Positions 29,497-38,388 of a DNA stretch of 64,000 nt are shown here, one piece after another. The notes under the pieces are model-generated. The model worked only from the letters and a program-made list of their open reading frames with translations. It was not told the DNA's origin and ran no database searches. How positions within the stretch are numbered: position 1 is the stretch's first letter; each line of letters begins with the position of its first letter. Source of the DNA: an uncultured Thermoanaerobaculum sp. (GTDB lineage: Bacteria > Acidobacteriota > Thermoanaerobaculia > Thermoanaerobaculales > Thermoanaerobaculaceae). Where the stretch lies: the NCBI GenBank assembly GCA_937934115.1, contig CALHAH010000011.1, positions 15,948 through 79,947 on the forward strand, read 5' to 3'. Both the position numbers and the translations under genes were made by a program.

Positions 29497-30161
29497 GGTG
29501 AACCCCATTGGTCCTGGACCAAGCGTCCCCGCTCCAGCACCAAGGTACGGGCGGGGTGGGCGGCAATGAGAGACACGTCGTGGGTAGCCACTACCACCGT
29601 GGTTCCACGGTAGTTAGCCTCCCGGAAAAAAGCCATAAGCTCGTGGGAACGCTCCGGGTCCAAGTTGCCGGTAGGCTCGTCAGCGAGGATGAGCTCTGGC
29701 TGCACCACGAGGGCGCGGGCTACGGCCACCCGCTGTTGTTCGCCCCCGGAGAGTTCCTCTGGGAATGCGGAAAGACGGTGCTGCAAACCTACCTGGCGAA
29801 GCGCGTGGTACGCACGCCGCTGCTGCTCCCTCTCCGGCAACCCCAAAAGGTCCAGCACAAAGGTGATGTTTTCCCCCACCGTGCGCCGCCGTAAGAGCTT
29901 GAAGTCCTGAAAAACCACGCCCATGCGGCGGCGCAGCTCAGCTACCTCACGGCGGTTGAGGGCAGAAAGGTCCTGCCCCGCCACCACCACGCGCCCGGCA
30001 TCGGGTACTTCCGCCCGGTACAAAAGGCGCAAAAGCGTGCTTTTGCCAGCTCCCGAAGGGCCGGTGAGGAACACGAACTCACCCTTTTCCACCACGGCGG
30101 AAATACCCACCAGCGCCGGCCGCCCCCGATAGGTTTTGGTTACGCTTTCCAAGCGAATCAT
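29493..30161 (-). CDS. ftsE: cell division ATP-binding protein FtsE
   Basis: [11 protein letters not shown]..., [29 protein letters not shown]. Confidence 0.95.
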   Translation of the reverse strand: MIRLESVTKTYRGRPALVGISAVVEKGEFVFLTGPSGAGKSTLLRLLYRAEVPDAGRVVVAGQDLSALNRREVAELRRRMGVVFQDFKLLRRRTVGENITFVLDLLGLPEREQQRRAYHALRQVGLQHRLSAFPEELSGGEQQRVAVARALVVQPELILADEPTGNLDPERSHELMAFFREANYRGTTVVVATHDVSLIAAHPARTLVLERGRLVQDQWGSP

Positions 30162-30211
30162 CGCGGTTAGCCTAGCCCTTACGCGCTCACGCCCCAATTC
30201 CCCCAAGCCCT

Positions 30212-30239
30212 TTGCAAGCACGCTGCGGCAGTGTAGCAT
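30212..30239 (+). promoter_or_regulatory. sigma-70-like promoter candidate for pgeF
   Basis: TTGCAA (30212-17), 16 nt spacer, TAGCAT (30234-39), 32 nt upstream of ATG 30272. Confidence 0.35.
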
Positions 30240-30271
30240 CGCTTCTCGTGGGTACCGAAGGCGTAACGATC

Positions 30272-30952
30272 ATGCCGGTGGCGGAAGCCACCGCCCTCTT
30301 TGCCGACGCCCGCGCGTGCCCGGTGGGGTTTTCTTTTGAGGATTTGCCGGCGCTGGTATCGCAAGCCCTTGGTTTTGAAGCAAGCGTTTTGGTCCCTCAG
30401 CAACGGCACACCGATTTGGTTTTCACCTTCAGCGGACGGGCGCCCCAGCCACCTCAGCTTTCTGTGGTGGGCGTGTGCGACGCCCTCATTACCGCGGAAC
30501 GGGGGGTGGCACTGGCGGTGCAAACCGCCGACTGCGTGCCCGTGGTCTTGGCTGGCGGTGGCGTGGTGGGCATCGTCCACGCTGGGTGGCGAGGTTTGGC
30601 CGCCGGCATCCTTGGTAAGGCAGTGCGCCAGCTTTACGCCCAGTTTGGCGTGGTACCCGCAGAGCTGCAGGCGGTTGTTGGGGTGGGCGTTGGCCCCTGC
30701 CACTATGCGGTGGGCCCGGAAGTAGTGGCAGCGCTTAGGAAGCGTCTTGGGGCCCTGCGCCAGTGGGTTACCGACGGGCGGGTACACCTCCAGGGCTGCG
30801 TCCACACCGCCCTCCTGCAAGCGGGCTTGCCACCGACCAGCATCCGCCTCCTCCCGGGGTGTACCGCGTGCAGTCCCCATCACCACTCGTACCGCCGAGA
30901 CGGCACCCGAGCGGGACGGCAGTGGACGGCGGTGGTGCTGCCGAAACCTTAA
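30272..30952 (+). CDS. pgeF: peptidoglycan editing factor PgeF / YfiH (DUF152) family
   Basis: QRHTDLV, VQTADCVPVVL and VHAGWRG motifs. Confidence 0.88.
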   Translation: MPVAEATALFADARACPVGFSFEDLPALVSQALGFEASVLVPQQRHTDLVFTFSGRAPQPPQLSVVGVCDALITAERGVALAVQTADCVPVVLAGGGVVGIVHAGWRGLAAGILGKAVRQLYAQFGVVPAELQAVVGVGVGPCHYAVGPEVVAALRKRLGALRQWVTDGRVHLQGCVHTALLQAGLPPTSIRLLPGCTACSPHHHSYRRDGTRAGRQWTAVVLPKP

Positions 30953-32013
30953 GGCGCGGGCGGGGAGGGGGCCTGCACTCTGAGCTGGCCACGGAGTTGG
31001 CCGCAGGCCGCAGCCACCTCAAGCCCTTTGCTCCAGCGAACTGTAACGTTGAGGTTGGCCGCCGCGAGGTGCGCGGCAAAGGCGTTGATGACGCTTTCCG
31101 ATGGGGGCACGAGGCCTGGCAAAAAACGGGGATCCGGGTTTAACGGGATGAGGTTTACTTTCACCCTTAACCCCAAAAGCAACTGCACCAAGCGGCGAGC
31201 ATCCCATAGGGAATCGTTTATGCCCGAGATCAGCACGTACTCGATGGTGATTCTCCGACCTGCCTCCAAAGGGTACGCCTTTAGGGCACCAATAAGCTCG
31301 GCTAGTGACCAGCGAGCCACCCCCGGCATGAGATAGGCCCTCTTTTCGTCAGTGGTGGCGTTGAGAGAAACCGCAAGGTTAGGGCGACGGGGGAGTTTCG
31401 CCAGGGCGTAAAGCTTGGGCACTACCCCAGCGGTGGACAGGGTGATACGGCGCAGGCTCACCGTTTCGCTCAAAAAGTTAAGCGCTTCCACAAGGTGCGA
31501 AAGGTTCAAAAGTGGCTCACCCATGCCCATGAAAACCACGTTAACGCCTTTTCCCACCAAGCCTTCCTCACGCATGAGCACGCGGAACTGCCCGAAGATC
31601 TCGTGGGCTCGTAAGTTGCGGCCGCTGCCCAAAGCGCCCGTCACGCAAAACCGGCAGCCCACGGCGCAACCAGCCTGGGAAGACAAACAAAGGGTGGTGT
31701 GGCCTTCCATGGGCATGGCCACGGCCTCCACTACCAAACCGTCTTCCAGTTGCAACGCGTATTTTGCGGTCCCGTCACTGGCCCGGTGCACGTCCAACAC
31801 CACGGGATCAGCAAGGTAGGCTAGGGATTGCAGTTGTGTCCGCAGCCCTTTGGGTAAATCGCTCATGTCCTCAAAGCTTGCCGCCAGCCTCCTGCAAATC
31901 CAGTGTTGCAACTGCTTGGCGCGGTAGGGCGGCTCCCCCAGGCTGGCCAGAAACGCGCCAAGCTCAGCGGCGGGAACGCCCATCAGGTTCCGGCGGGAAA
32001 ACCTGTTGGTCAT
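30949..32013 (-). CDS. rlmN: 23S rRNA/tRNA (adenine-C2)-methyltransferase, radical SAM
   Basis: PYRAKQLQHWI, the radical-SAM cluster motif CAVGCRFC (CxxxCxxC), GMGEPLLN and the C-terminal AAACGQL. Start is ATG 32013 or 31983. Confidence 0.93.
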   Translation of the reverse strand: MTNRFSRRNLMGVPAAELGAFLASLGEPPYRAKQLQHWICRRLAASFEDMSDLPKGLRTQLQSLAYLADPVVLDVHRASDGTAKYALQLEDGLVVEAVAMPMEGHTTLCLSSQAGCAVGCRFCVTGALGSGRNLRAHEIFGQFRVLMREEGLVGKGVNVVFMGMGEPLLNLSHLVEALNFLSETVSLRRITLSTAGVVPKLYALAKLPRRPNLAVSLNATTDEKRAYLMPGVARWSLAELIGALKAYPLEAGRRITIEYVLISGINDSLWDARRLVQLLLGLRVKVNLIPLNPDPRFLPGLVPPSESVINAFAAHLAAANLNVTVRWSKGLEVAAACGQLRGQLRVQAPSPPAP

Positions 32014-32284
32014 CGCTCTCCAAAGCAATACCCAGGGCGTGCAACGCTTCCACGTCCTCGCGGTTCCACCCTTGGGTCCATGGCGGTTGAATTTCAATGG
32101 CAAATCCAGCGGAACCCGGCCTGGCAATGCGTACCTTTAACACCAGCCGAGCCTCCAGCCCAAGCTTTTTGAGCTCCAAAAAGAGAGGCCGCAAGCGGGG
32201 GTCGCGGCTAGCGACCCGCCCTAAGGCCTCGGCTAAGGCGCCAAGAACGCCCTCCAAGTCGCGGGGTGAGGTCTCCGACGTCAT
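31964..32284 (-). CDS. hypothetical small protein (106 aa)
   Basis: Only the part of track ORF 31964..32653 downstream of ATG 32284 is free of the opposite-strand kinase gene. Third-position GC looks coding-like. No SD and no family recognised. It overlaps the rlmN start. Confidence 0.3.
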   Translation of the reverse strand: MTSETSPRDLEGVLGALAEALGRVASRDPRLRPLFLELKKLGLEARLVLKVRIARPGSAGFAIEIQPPWTQGWNREDVEALHALGIALESDDQQVFPPEPDGRSRR

Positions 32285-32305
32285 GCCATAGCTAGAATAC
32301 CACTT

Positions 32306-33253
32306 GTGGATGCTACCTATTCCCCTGCCGCCAGGTGCCAGACTTCGCCTCTTGGTGGGCAACTGGCGCGGCTGGGCTTGCGCCCCGCCGCCTGCGAGCC
32401 CTTGATCTCCGACGCCTCCCTGCGGCGGTTTTTCCGGCTCCCTGTGGGCGCTGGGCAAAGCGTGGTGCTTATGCTTTATCCAGCGGAGGCGGAGCCTACC
32501 GTACGTCGCCATGCTGCCGTGTTTCGTTGGGCCTGGCGTCAAGGCTTGCCGGTACCGCAGCTTTTCGTAGAACTGCGGGGAGCGCTGCTTGTGGAGGACC
32601 TGGGAAGGGTAGGGGCACGGGAAGCAGTGGCCACCAACCCACAAGCGGTCCAAGAGCAGTTGCTCAGCGTTCTAGCGGCGTTCCAAGCGTACCGAGGTCC
32701 CTGCCCTTGGAACCCTCCCTTTGACCAGGAGCTCTTTTTTCGGGAGCTCCAGCAGTTTCTCCAGTACGCAGGTCTGGGGAAGCCCCCCTCGGCTCCCGTC
32801 CTCAAGTTTTGCCGAAGCTTGGCTGTGGACCTCACCGCCCACCCTTACCGCCTTTGCCACCGCGACTTTCACCTGGACAACCTGTTGGCTTCGCCCCATG
32901 GCCTCAAGGCGGTGGACTTCCAGGACCTGCGCTGGGGACCGGACACCTATGACGTGGCCTCCCTTCTCCGGGAGCGAGGGGGAAGCACGCTGCTCCCGGC
33001 ATCCCTTGTCGCTACGGCGGCGCAGGTCTTACAGTGGGAGGGGAACTGGGAAGACCGATTCGTGCAGTGCGCGGCACAAAGGGGTCTTAAAGCTTTGGGG
33101 ACCTTCCTGAAGCTGGTAAGGCAGGGCCGAAACGATTACGAAAGGCTCATCCCAGAGGTTGCCACCAACACCTGGCAGGCGGTTTGGACCCTACGGGGCC
33201 CCAGCACGCTGCTTGCAGTTTTGGAAAAACTTTCGGCAAGGAAAGGACTATAA
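32306..33253 (+). CDS. aminoglycoside-phosphotransferase-fold kinase, AmgK-like (MurNAc/GlcNAc anomeric kinase family)
   Basis: [11 protein letters not shown] and [21 protein letters not shown] resemble the AmgK motifs as I remember them. Confidence 0.7.
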   Translation: MDATYSPAARCQTSPLGGQLARLGLRPAACEPLISDASLRRFFRLPVGAGQSVVLMLYPAEAEPTVRRHAAVFRWAWRQGLPVPQLFVELRGALLVEDLGRVGAREAVATNPQAVQEQLLSVLAAFQAYRGPCPWNPPFDQELFFRELQQFLQYAGLGKPPSAPVLKFCRSLAVDLTAHPYRLCHRDFHLDNLLASPHGLKAVDFQDLRWGPDTYDVASLLRERGGSTLLPASLVATAAQVLQWEGNWEDRFVQCAAQRGLKALGTFLKLVRQGRNDYERLIPEVATNTWQAVWTLRGPSTLLAVLEKLSARKGL

Positions 33254-33270
33254 TCCGCCGAGGAGGGCGT

Positions 33271-33453
33271 ATGTTTGGCTCGATTGGCGTGCCCGAGCTG
33301 CTGCTCATTCTTCTCATTGTTATCGTGATTTTCGGGGCGAGCAAGCTGCCTCAGTTAGGGCGAGGTCTAGGGGAGGGGATAAAAAACTTCCGCAATGCTC
33401 TCCGTGGCGAAGAAAAGCCCAAGGAGCCTACGGAGCCCAAAAACCAAACCTAG
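33271..33453 (+). CDS. tatA: twin-arginine translocase subunit TatA/E
   Basis: [49 protein letters not shown] upstream of ATG 33271. Confidence 0.92.
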   Translation: MFGSIGVPELLLILLIVIVIFGASKLPQLGRGLGEGIKNFRNALRGEEKPKEPTEPKNQT

Positions 33454-34039
33454 CCGTGGCTAACGGCTGGCCGGTGAGCTTTCGGTAAGCTTCCTCTACC
33501 TTCCGCACGAATGCTTGCGTCTCTCGGTAAGGGGGAATGCCGCCGCTTTTGTACACCGCCCCTGGACCGGCATTGTACGCAGCCAAAACCAGCTCTACGT
33601 CGCCGCCAAAGTCCTGGAAAAGTAACCGTAAATACCGGCAACCTGCTCTTAAATTTGCCTCCGGCTCATGGTGCGAGGCGACCCCCACCAGCGTGGCGGT
33701 TTCGGGGAGCACCTGCATGAGCCCCACGGCGCCTTTTTCCGAGTAGGCTTTCGGATTAAAGCCCGACTCCACCTGCACTATGGCCGCCACCAACGCTGGG
33801 TCTACGCCCTCGGCAAGAGCTGCGTGCCGGATTTCTTCGGGGATGCTGTGCTGCTTTTGCGCGGTAACGATCTCGTACCAACGTTCCTCGCCTTCAACAC
33901 CGGGGTCCAGGGAAGCCACGCTCACACCGAACCTCGCTACAGCGCCGGCCAGCACAAACCCACAGGCGGCCGCCGCATAGGCCAACCCCAGTTCCCGAAA
34001 AGAGGTGGCGAAGGCCACATTAGCTCGATGGCTGCGCAA
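33428..34039 (-). CDS. lytic transglycosylase (SLT domain)
   Basis: [25 protein letters not shown] ... [10 protein letters not shown]. Confidence 0.85.
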   Translation of the reverse strand: MRSHRANVAFATSFRELGLAYAAAACGFVLAGAVARFGVSVASLDPGVEGEERWYEIVTAQKQHSIPEEIRHAALAEGVDPALVAAIVQVESGFNPKAYSEKGAVGLMQVLPETATLVGVASHHEPEANLRAGCRYLRLLFQDFGGDVELVLAAYNAGPGAVYKSGGIPPYRETQAFVRKVEEAYRKLTGQPLATARFGFWAP

Positions 34040-34265
34040 ACCTCTTCAGCTTTACACGCAGCCTGTTGCGGTGCACTTGGAGCGCCGCCGCCCGCTGGAT
34101 GCTTCCACCGCAGCGTTGCACGGCAGCCTCCACGTAGCGCACCTCAAAGGTCCACACCGCCTCCTCCAAGCTCAGAGAACGATCCAACATCCCTTGAAAA
34201 AGCACGTTTAAGGCCTGAGCCATCTCCGCAAGGGATGGGGAGCGCACGGGCTCGGTTGCCATCAC
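34020..34265 (-). CDS. Fis-type helix-turn-helix protein
   Basis: 81 aa. The C-terminal [24 protein letters not shown] resembles HTH_8/Fis. Confidence 0.55.
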   Translation of the reverse strand: MMATEPVRSPSLAEMAQALNVLFQGMLDRSLSLEEAVWTFEVRYVEAAVQRCGGSIQRAAALQVHRNRLRVKLKRFAQPSS

Positions 34266-35401
34266 CGCACTTCCACCCTATCACCCACGTACACCGGCCC
34301 ATCCGTGGCCAAGAGTTTCACCGTTGCCCAATGGGGGCCGGCGGTGAGGGCTGCCCCCTGACCCAAAACAATCCGCGGCAGCCCGGGGACTGGGTTTTCG
34401 CGGTAAATGGTCAAAAAGGTCCCAGGTTGAACCTCGTCCGCCTCGCCCAAATCCACCACCACCAGATGGTCTTGTCCCAGGCTCTCCACGTTGTCCTTGG
34501 AGTACACGATAAAGCCCCGTGCCTTGCCGGATGCGGCGTCACAGCGGGTAGCTGCCGCGGTCTTGGGGGCCATAGGGATGGGGATGGCCTCAAAAGGCTT
34601 GAGCTTGGCACCCAAAGGAATAGCATCGCAAGAAGCCATGATTTCCGCCGTGGCGGAGTGTTCCTGGGTGCAAATGACCCGCAGGTGTCCCAGGTAGCGC
34701 ACCACCCGCCCCAGCTTGGCGCCTGTGGTGGGGTGCCTGACGACGCGATCCGGGCTCACCACGAAGAACTCATCGCCGGCCTTGATACCTTCGGCCTCAC
34801 CGCCGTTAATGAAGACGATATCGCCAGTGGCGAAGCGCGCCTGATAGCCAATTCTTTCCGCCGAAACGATGCTCAAGGGCAAAGCCTCGCCCTCCGTGTC
34901 CAGGTACACGAAGCAGTGAATATCATCCTCCGAGCCCAGGGGCACCAACTCCTCTCCCCCAGTTTCCCTGGCTTCCCACCCCAAAGCTGGCAGGGCCACA
35001 GGAGCAGCGGGGACTTCGGTCTCTGGCGCAGGAACCGCCGCCTCCCCAGCGGGCGTGGGCGCTTCCACCGCCTTCACCCCTACCACCAAGGGGTCCCCCG
35101 GGTAAATCCAGTGGGCATCGCGAATGTATTGGTTTTGCTCCCAAAGCTGCGGCCACAGGTAAGGGTTTCCCAGGAACTTCTGCGCTAAGGCCCACAGGGT
35201 GTCCCCCGGCTGAATGATGTACACCTGAGCGTCGGGAGGAAACTCCTGGGGTGGCTGATACGGCGTCCAGTGGTCCCCAACCTTGTGCAGCGGCTGGGGT
35301 GGTGGCCCGCTTTGCTTTTGGGCCATGAGGTAGCCAGGGAACAACAACACCACAAGTACCCATGCGGTTATGCGACCCATAACTGGCTTTTCCTCCCTCA
35401 T
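34262..35401 (-). CDS. LysM domain-containing exported protein
   Basis: Signal peptide (ITAWVLVVLLFPGYLMAQ). LysM motif YIIQPGDTLWALAQKFLGNPYLWPQLWEQN. Confidence 0.8.
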   Translation of the reverse strand: MREEKPVMGRITAWVLVVLLFPGYLMAQKQSGPPPQPLHKVGDHWTPYQPPQEFPPDAQVYIIQPGDTLWALAQKFLGNPYLWPQLWEQNQYIRDAHWIYPGDPLVVGVKAVEAPTPAGEAAVPAPETEVPAAPVALPALGWEARETGGEELVPLGSEDDIHCFVYLDTEGEALPLSIVSAERIGYQARFATGDIVFINGGEAEGIKAGDEFFVVSPDRVVRHPTTGAKLGRVVRYLGHLRVICTQEHSATAEIMASCDAIPLGAKLKPFEAIPIPMAPKTAAATRCDAASGKARGFIVYSKDNVESLGQDHLVVVDLGEADEVQPGTFLTIYRENPVPGLPRIVLGQGAALTAGPHWATVKLLATDGPVYVGDRVEVR

Positions 35402-35445
35402 CGACTTTGACTCCTACGTTAGCCTAACTCTATGGTGCCACGCCG

Positions 35446-36141
35446 TCAAGTATTGCCGGTGCTTGCCGGCACCTTTTCCTCGGCCGCAAGCTGCTTAAGG
35501 AGTGCTTCTCCTTCTTTTGCGGCCGCGGTCTCAGGGTAATTTCGAAGCAAGTAGTGAAGTCGGTTGCGTGCGCCTTCCTTGGCCCCTACCTGCAAGTAAA
35601 AACGGGCCACCAACAGCTCGTGGGTGGCCAAATCCTCGCGGCATTTGGCCAGAAGAACCCGTGCCTCTTGCGCCTCGGGACTTTCCGCAAAGAGAGCCAC
35701 CACTTGCTGGAAGCTTTCCGCTGCTTGCCGAACTGGGGTCAAATCCCGCAAGGGCCCCTTCGCTTGCTGCAGGTAGGTGCGGCCCAGCATGAGCAAAGCG
35801 TAGGCGCGGTGCGGATCGTTGGGGAAGCGAGTGGCAAAGTCCTTGTAACGCACCTGCGCCTCGGCTTGCGACTCCGGATCCTTACTGGCAAAAAAGGTAT
35901 CGGCGATTTTAAGGGCAGCTTGCCGCCCTAAGGGGTCGTTGGGGAAGGAGTCGGCGAGAAAAGCGTAGTACCTACGGGCCTCCACGAACTTCTTCTTCGC
36001 TGCCAAGGCGTCACCTTTCGCCAGGATCCCCTCTTTGCTCATTTGGCTGACCTCGGCGAGAAAGAGATCCTCCTGTTTTTTGGCGGAAGCGCACGCCAAG
36101 AGCAAGAGCACGTACAAAGCCACCACGCCCGCTCGCCACAT
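35446..36141 (-). CDS. bamD: outer membrane protein assembly factor BamD-like TPR lipoprotein
   Basis: Lipobox LLLACAS; TPR-like repeats; typical BamD/YfiO size of 231 aa. Confidence 0.75.
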   Translation of the reverse strand: MWRAGVVALYVLLLLACASAKKQEDLFLAEVSQMSKEGILAKGDALAAKKKFVEARRYYAFLADSFPNDPLGRQAALKIADTFFASKDPESQAEAQVRYKDFATRFPNDPHRAYALLMLGRTYLQQAKGPLRDLTPVRQAAESFQQVVALFAESPEAQEARVLLAKCREDLATHELLVARFYLQVGAKEGARNRLHYLLRNYPETAAAKEGEALLKQLAAEEKVPASTGNT

Positions 36142-36810
36142 TTAAGCTCCCCCCTTCAACTGCGCAATGGCCAAGCGGCGGTCGGTGGCGGCAAACACCG
36201 CTGTTCCTGCCACCAGCGTGTCAGCCCCTGCTTGCCGCAAGGCGGGAGCATTTGCCACCGTAACGCCCCCATCCACCACCAACTCCACGTGCGGGGCCAC
36301 ACGCGCGCGAATCTCTGAAAGCCTTGCCAGCTTCTCCGTGGCTTGGGGGATCAGGCTTTGGCCCCCGAACCCCGGGTTCACGGTCATGAGCACGATAAAA
36401 CCCACGAACGGCCAAACCTCTTCCAGGCTGGAAAGCGGGGTCAGGGGATTCAAGGCCACGCCAGGGACCATCCCAGCCTCGCCAATTTTTGTCAAGAGCC
36501 GGTGCAGGTGCGTTACCGCCTCCACGTGCACAGAAAGCCGACTGGCGCCGGCAGCGGCAAAGGGTTCCACCAGTACCTCCGGGTTGGTTACCATGAGGTG
36601 GACATCCAGAGGCAAGGATGAAACGTTCCGCACCGCTTGGCAAACCACCGGGCCGAAGCTTAAGTTCGGCACAAAAACCCCGTCCATGACATCGAGGTGT
36701 AGCAAGTCCGCGCCAGCCCCTTCCACGTCTTTGACTTCTTCACCCAGCCGCGTGAAGTCAGCCGCTAGCAACGAGGGCGCCACTTTCAGTGGTTTCACCG
36801 GCTGGCCCAT
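36142..36810 (-). CDS. rpe: ribulose-phosphate 3-epimerase
   Basis: VAPSLLAADF, HLDVMDGVFVPN, VNPGFGGQ. ATG 36810 overlaps the upstream PASTA gene by 16 nt; the track ORF is over-extended. Confidence 0.93.
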   Translation of the reverse strand: MGQPVKPLKVAPSLLAADFTRLGEEVKDVEGAGADLLHLDVMDGVFVPNLSFGPVVCQAVRNVSSLPLDVHLMVTNPEVLVEPFAAAGASRLSVHVEAVTHLHRLLTKIGEAGMVPGVALNPLTPLSSLEEVWPFVGFIVLMTVNPGFGGQSLIPQATEKLARLSEIRARVAPHVELVVDGGVTVANAPALRQAGADTLVAGTAVFAATDRRLAIAQLKGGA

Positions 36811-37508
36811 AGGATCACTCCCGAACCCACAATCGCCGGTCCACCAGCCGGAGGCTGTTGTTTCACCACGACGCCGGAGGGCAAACCCGGGTACGGTACT
36901 GGCTGCACAGCGTCGAGGCGAAAACCCCAACGGGAAAGCCACCCTTGCGCCACCTCCACGGGTTCCCCCACCACATCCGGCATCACCACGGCTCTTTCCC
37001 GGACTTGCCGGTTTACCAGGAGGGACACCCGGGAACCCGGTGCCAAGAGGCTTCCCGGCGCAGGGGATTGGGCGATCACCACCGTAGCCACGCCTTCGCC
37101 CGCAACTTCTGCGTGCTCCCCTTCCGCGAGGCCTGCTTGTTCCAGTTGTGCTGCCGCCGCTGCCGGCGGCAAACCAACCACATCGGGCACCGCGAGCCCT
37201 GCAACCCCCAACGAGGGGTAAAGCAGCACGCTAGAGCCGCGCTTAAGCTGAAAGCCGGCCACCGGCCGCTGCCGAGCAACAGTACCCACCGGGTGGGTGG
37301 GGTCGGGTACCGGGTTTTGCAGCCGCGGCACCAACCCTACTGCTTGCAAAACCCGAGCCGCCGCTTCCGGTGACTGCCCCTCCACTGCTGGAACCTTCAC
37401 CGCGGAAGCCTGCAGGGATAGCCAAAGCACCAACCATAAGGCGACGGGGGCACCTAATACCACCCCCAGTAAGGCCCCCAACGTCGCTAAGAGCTTGCCG
37501 CCCTTCAT
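36795..37508 (-). CDS. membrane-anchored protein with three PASTA domains (no kinase or PBP domain)
   Basis: N-terminal TM helix (LLATLGALLGVVLGAPVALWLVLWL). Three repeats of the PASTA pattern follow: VPAVEGQSPEAAARVLQAVGL, VPDVVGLPPAAAAAQLEQAGL and MPDVVGEPVEVAQGWLSRWGF. Confidence 0.8.
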   Translation of the reverse strand: MKGGKLLATLGALLGVVLGAPVALWLVLWLSLQASAVKVPAVEGQSPEAAARVLQAVGLVPRLQNPVPDPTHPVGTVARQRPVAGFQLKRGSSVLLYPSLGVAGLAVPDVVGLPPAAAAAQLEQAGLAEGEHAEVAGEGVATVVIAQSPAPGSLLAPGSRVSLLVNRQVRERAVVMPDVVGEPVEVAQGWLSRWGFRLDAVQPVPYPGLPSGVVVKQQPPAGGPAIVGSGVILWASR

Positions 37509-37533
37509 GACCCCGAGAGGTTAGCATAACGGC

Positions 37534-38388
37534 ATGCCTAGGCTAGGAGCGCACCTTTCCACCGCTGGCGGATGGCATCGGGCGCTGGAAGCCGCTCAAA
37601 AGCTGGGCCTTGAGTCACTGCAAATATTCCTGCAACCGCCGGGAAGGTGGGAGCGACCGCCGGAAGATCCCGAGGCTATCACGCTTTTTGCGCAGATGAT
37701 GATGGCTTCAAAGGTGCGTGGGGCAGTCTTTGCCCACGCCCCTTACCTTGTCAACCTGGCCGCGGAGGACCCCAAACTGGCGCAGCGATCGGCGGCGTTG
37801 GTAACGGACTTACTGGTACTGGGGTCGCGCTTAGGCCTTGCCGGTGTGGTGGTGCACCCGGGATCGGCAGGACGAAGTTGCAAGCAACAGGCTGTGGCGC
37901 GCGTTCGAAAGCTTGTGGGTGAAATCTTGGCACAGGTTCCCAGCGGTGCACCGTTGTTGTTGGAAAACACAGCCGGTGGCGGAGGCCTCCTGGGCGCGCG
38001 GGTGGGCGAGCTGTACGCCCTGGGCGAGGGTTTTTGGGGGAAGGCGGAGATGCTCGGCCTGTGCTTGGATACGGCGCATCTTTGGGCGTGCGCTTACGAC
38101 CTGCGCCACGGTGGTTGGGAACAAGCGTTAGCTGAGCTTGCGGAAGCGGGTCTCCTCCCTCGCTTACGGCTGGTCCATATCAACGACACGCCCGTACCTT
38201 TGGGAAGTCGGCGGGATCGCCATGCACCCCCAGGCGAGGGACAGCTGGGTGAGGCTTTTTTTGCAAAGCTCCTACAAGAACCATCCTTGGCTGATGTGCC
38301 ATGCGTTCTGGAAATCCCGCCTGGACCCAAAAACGGAGCGGTAAAAGAAGCGCTCGCTCGCCTCCGTAGCTGGCTTCCTCGGCGCTAG
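37534..38388 (+). CDS. nfo: deoxyribonuclease IV (endonuclease IV)
   Basis: LGAHLSTAGGW...SLQIF..., HPGS, ENTAGGG and HINDT motifs of the AP endonuclease 2 family. Confidence 0.88.
   Translation: MPRLGAHLSTAGGWHRALEAAQKLGLESLQIFLQPPGRWERPPEDPEAITLFAQMMMASKVRGAVFAHAPYLVNLAAEDPKLAQRSAALVTDLLVLGSRLGLAGVVVHPGSAGRSCKQQAVARVRKLVGEILAQVPSGAPLLLENTAGGGGLLGARVGELYALGEGFWGKAEMLGLCLDTAHLWACAYDLRHGGWEQALAELAEAGLLPRLRLVHINDTPVPLGSRRDRHAPPGEGQLGEAFFAKLLQEPSLADVPCVLEIPPGPKNGAVKEALARLRSWLPRR

Noticed and set aside
33668-35188. 506-aa plus-strand ORF spanning the SLT, Fis-HTH and LysM genes
   Set aside because: It has no motifs and an aberrant Arg/Gly/His/Pro-rich composition. The minus strand carries three well-supported genes with SLT and LysM signatures. 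It is a shadow ORF.
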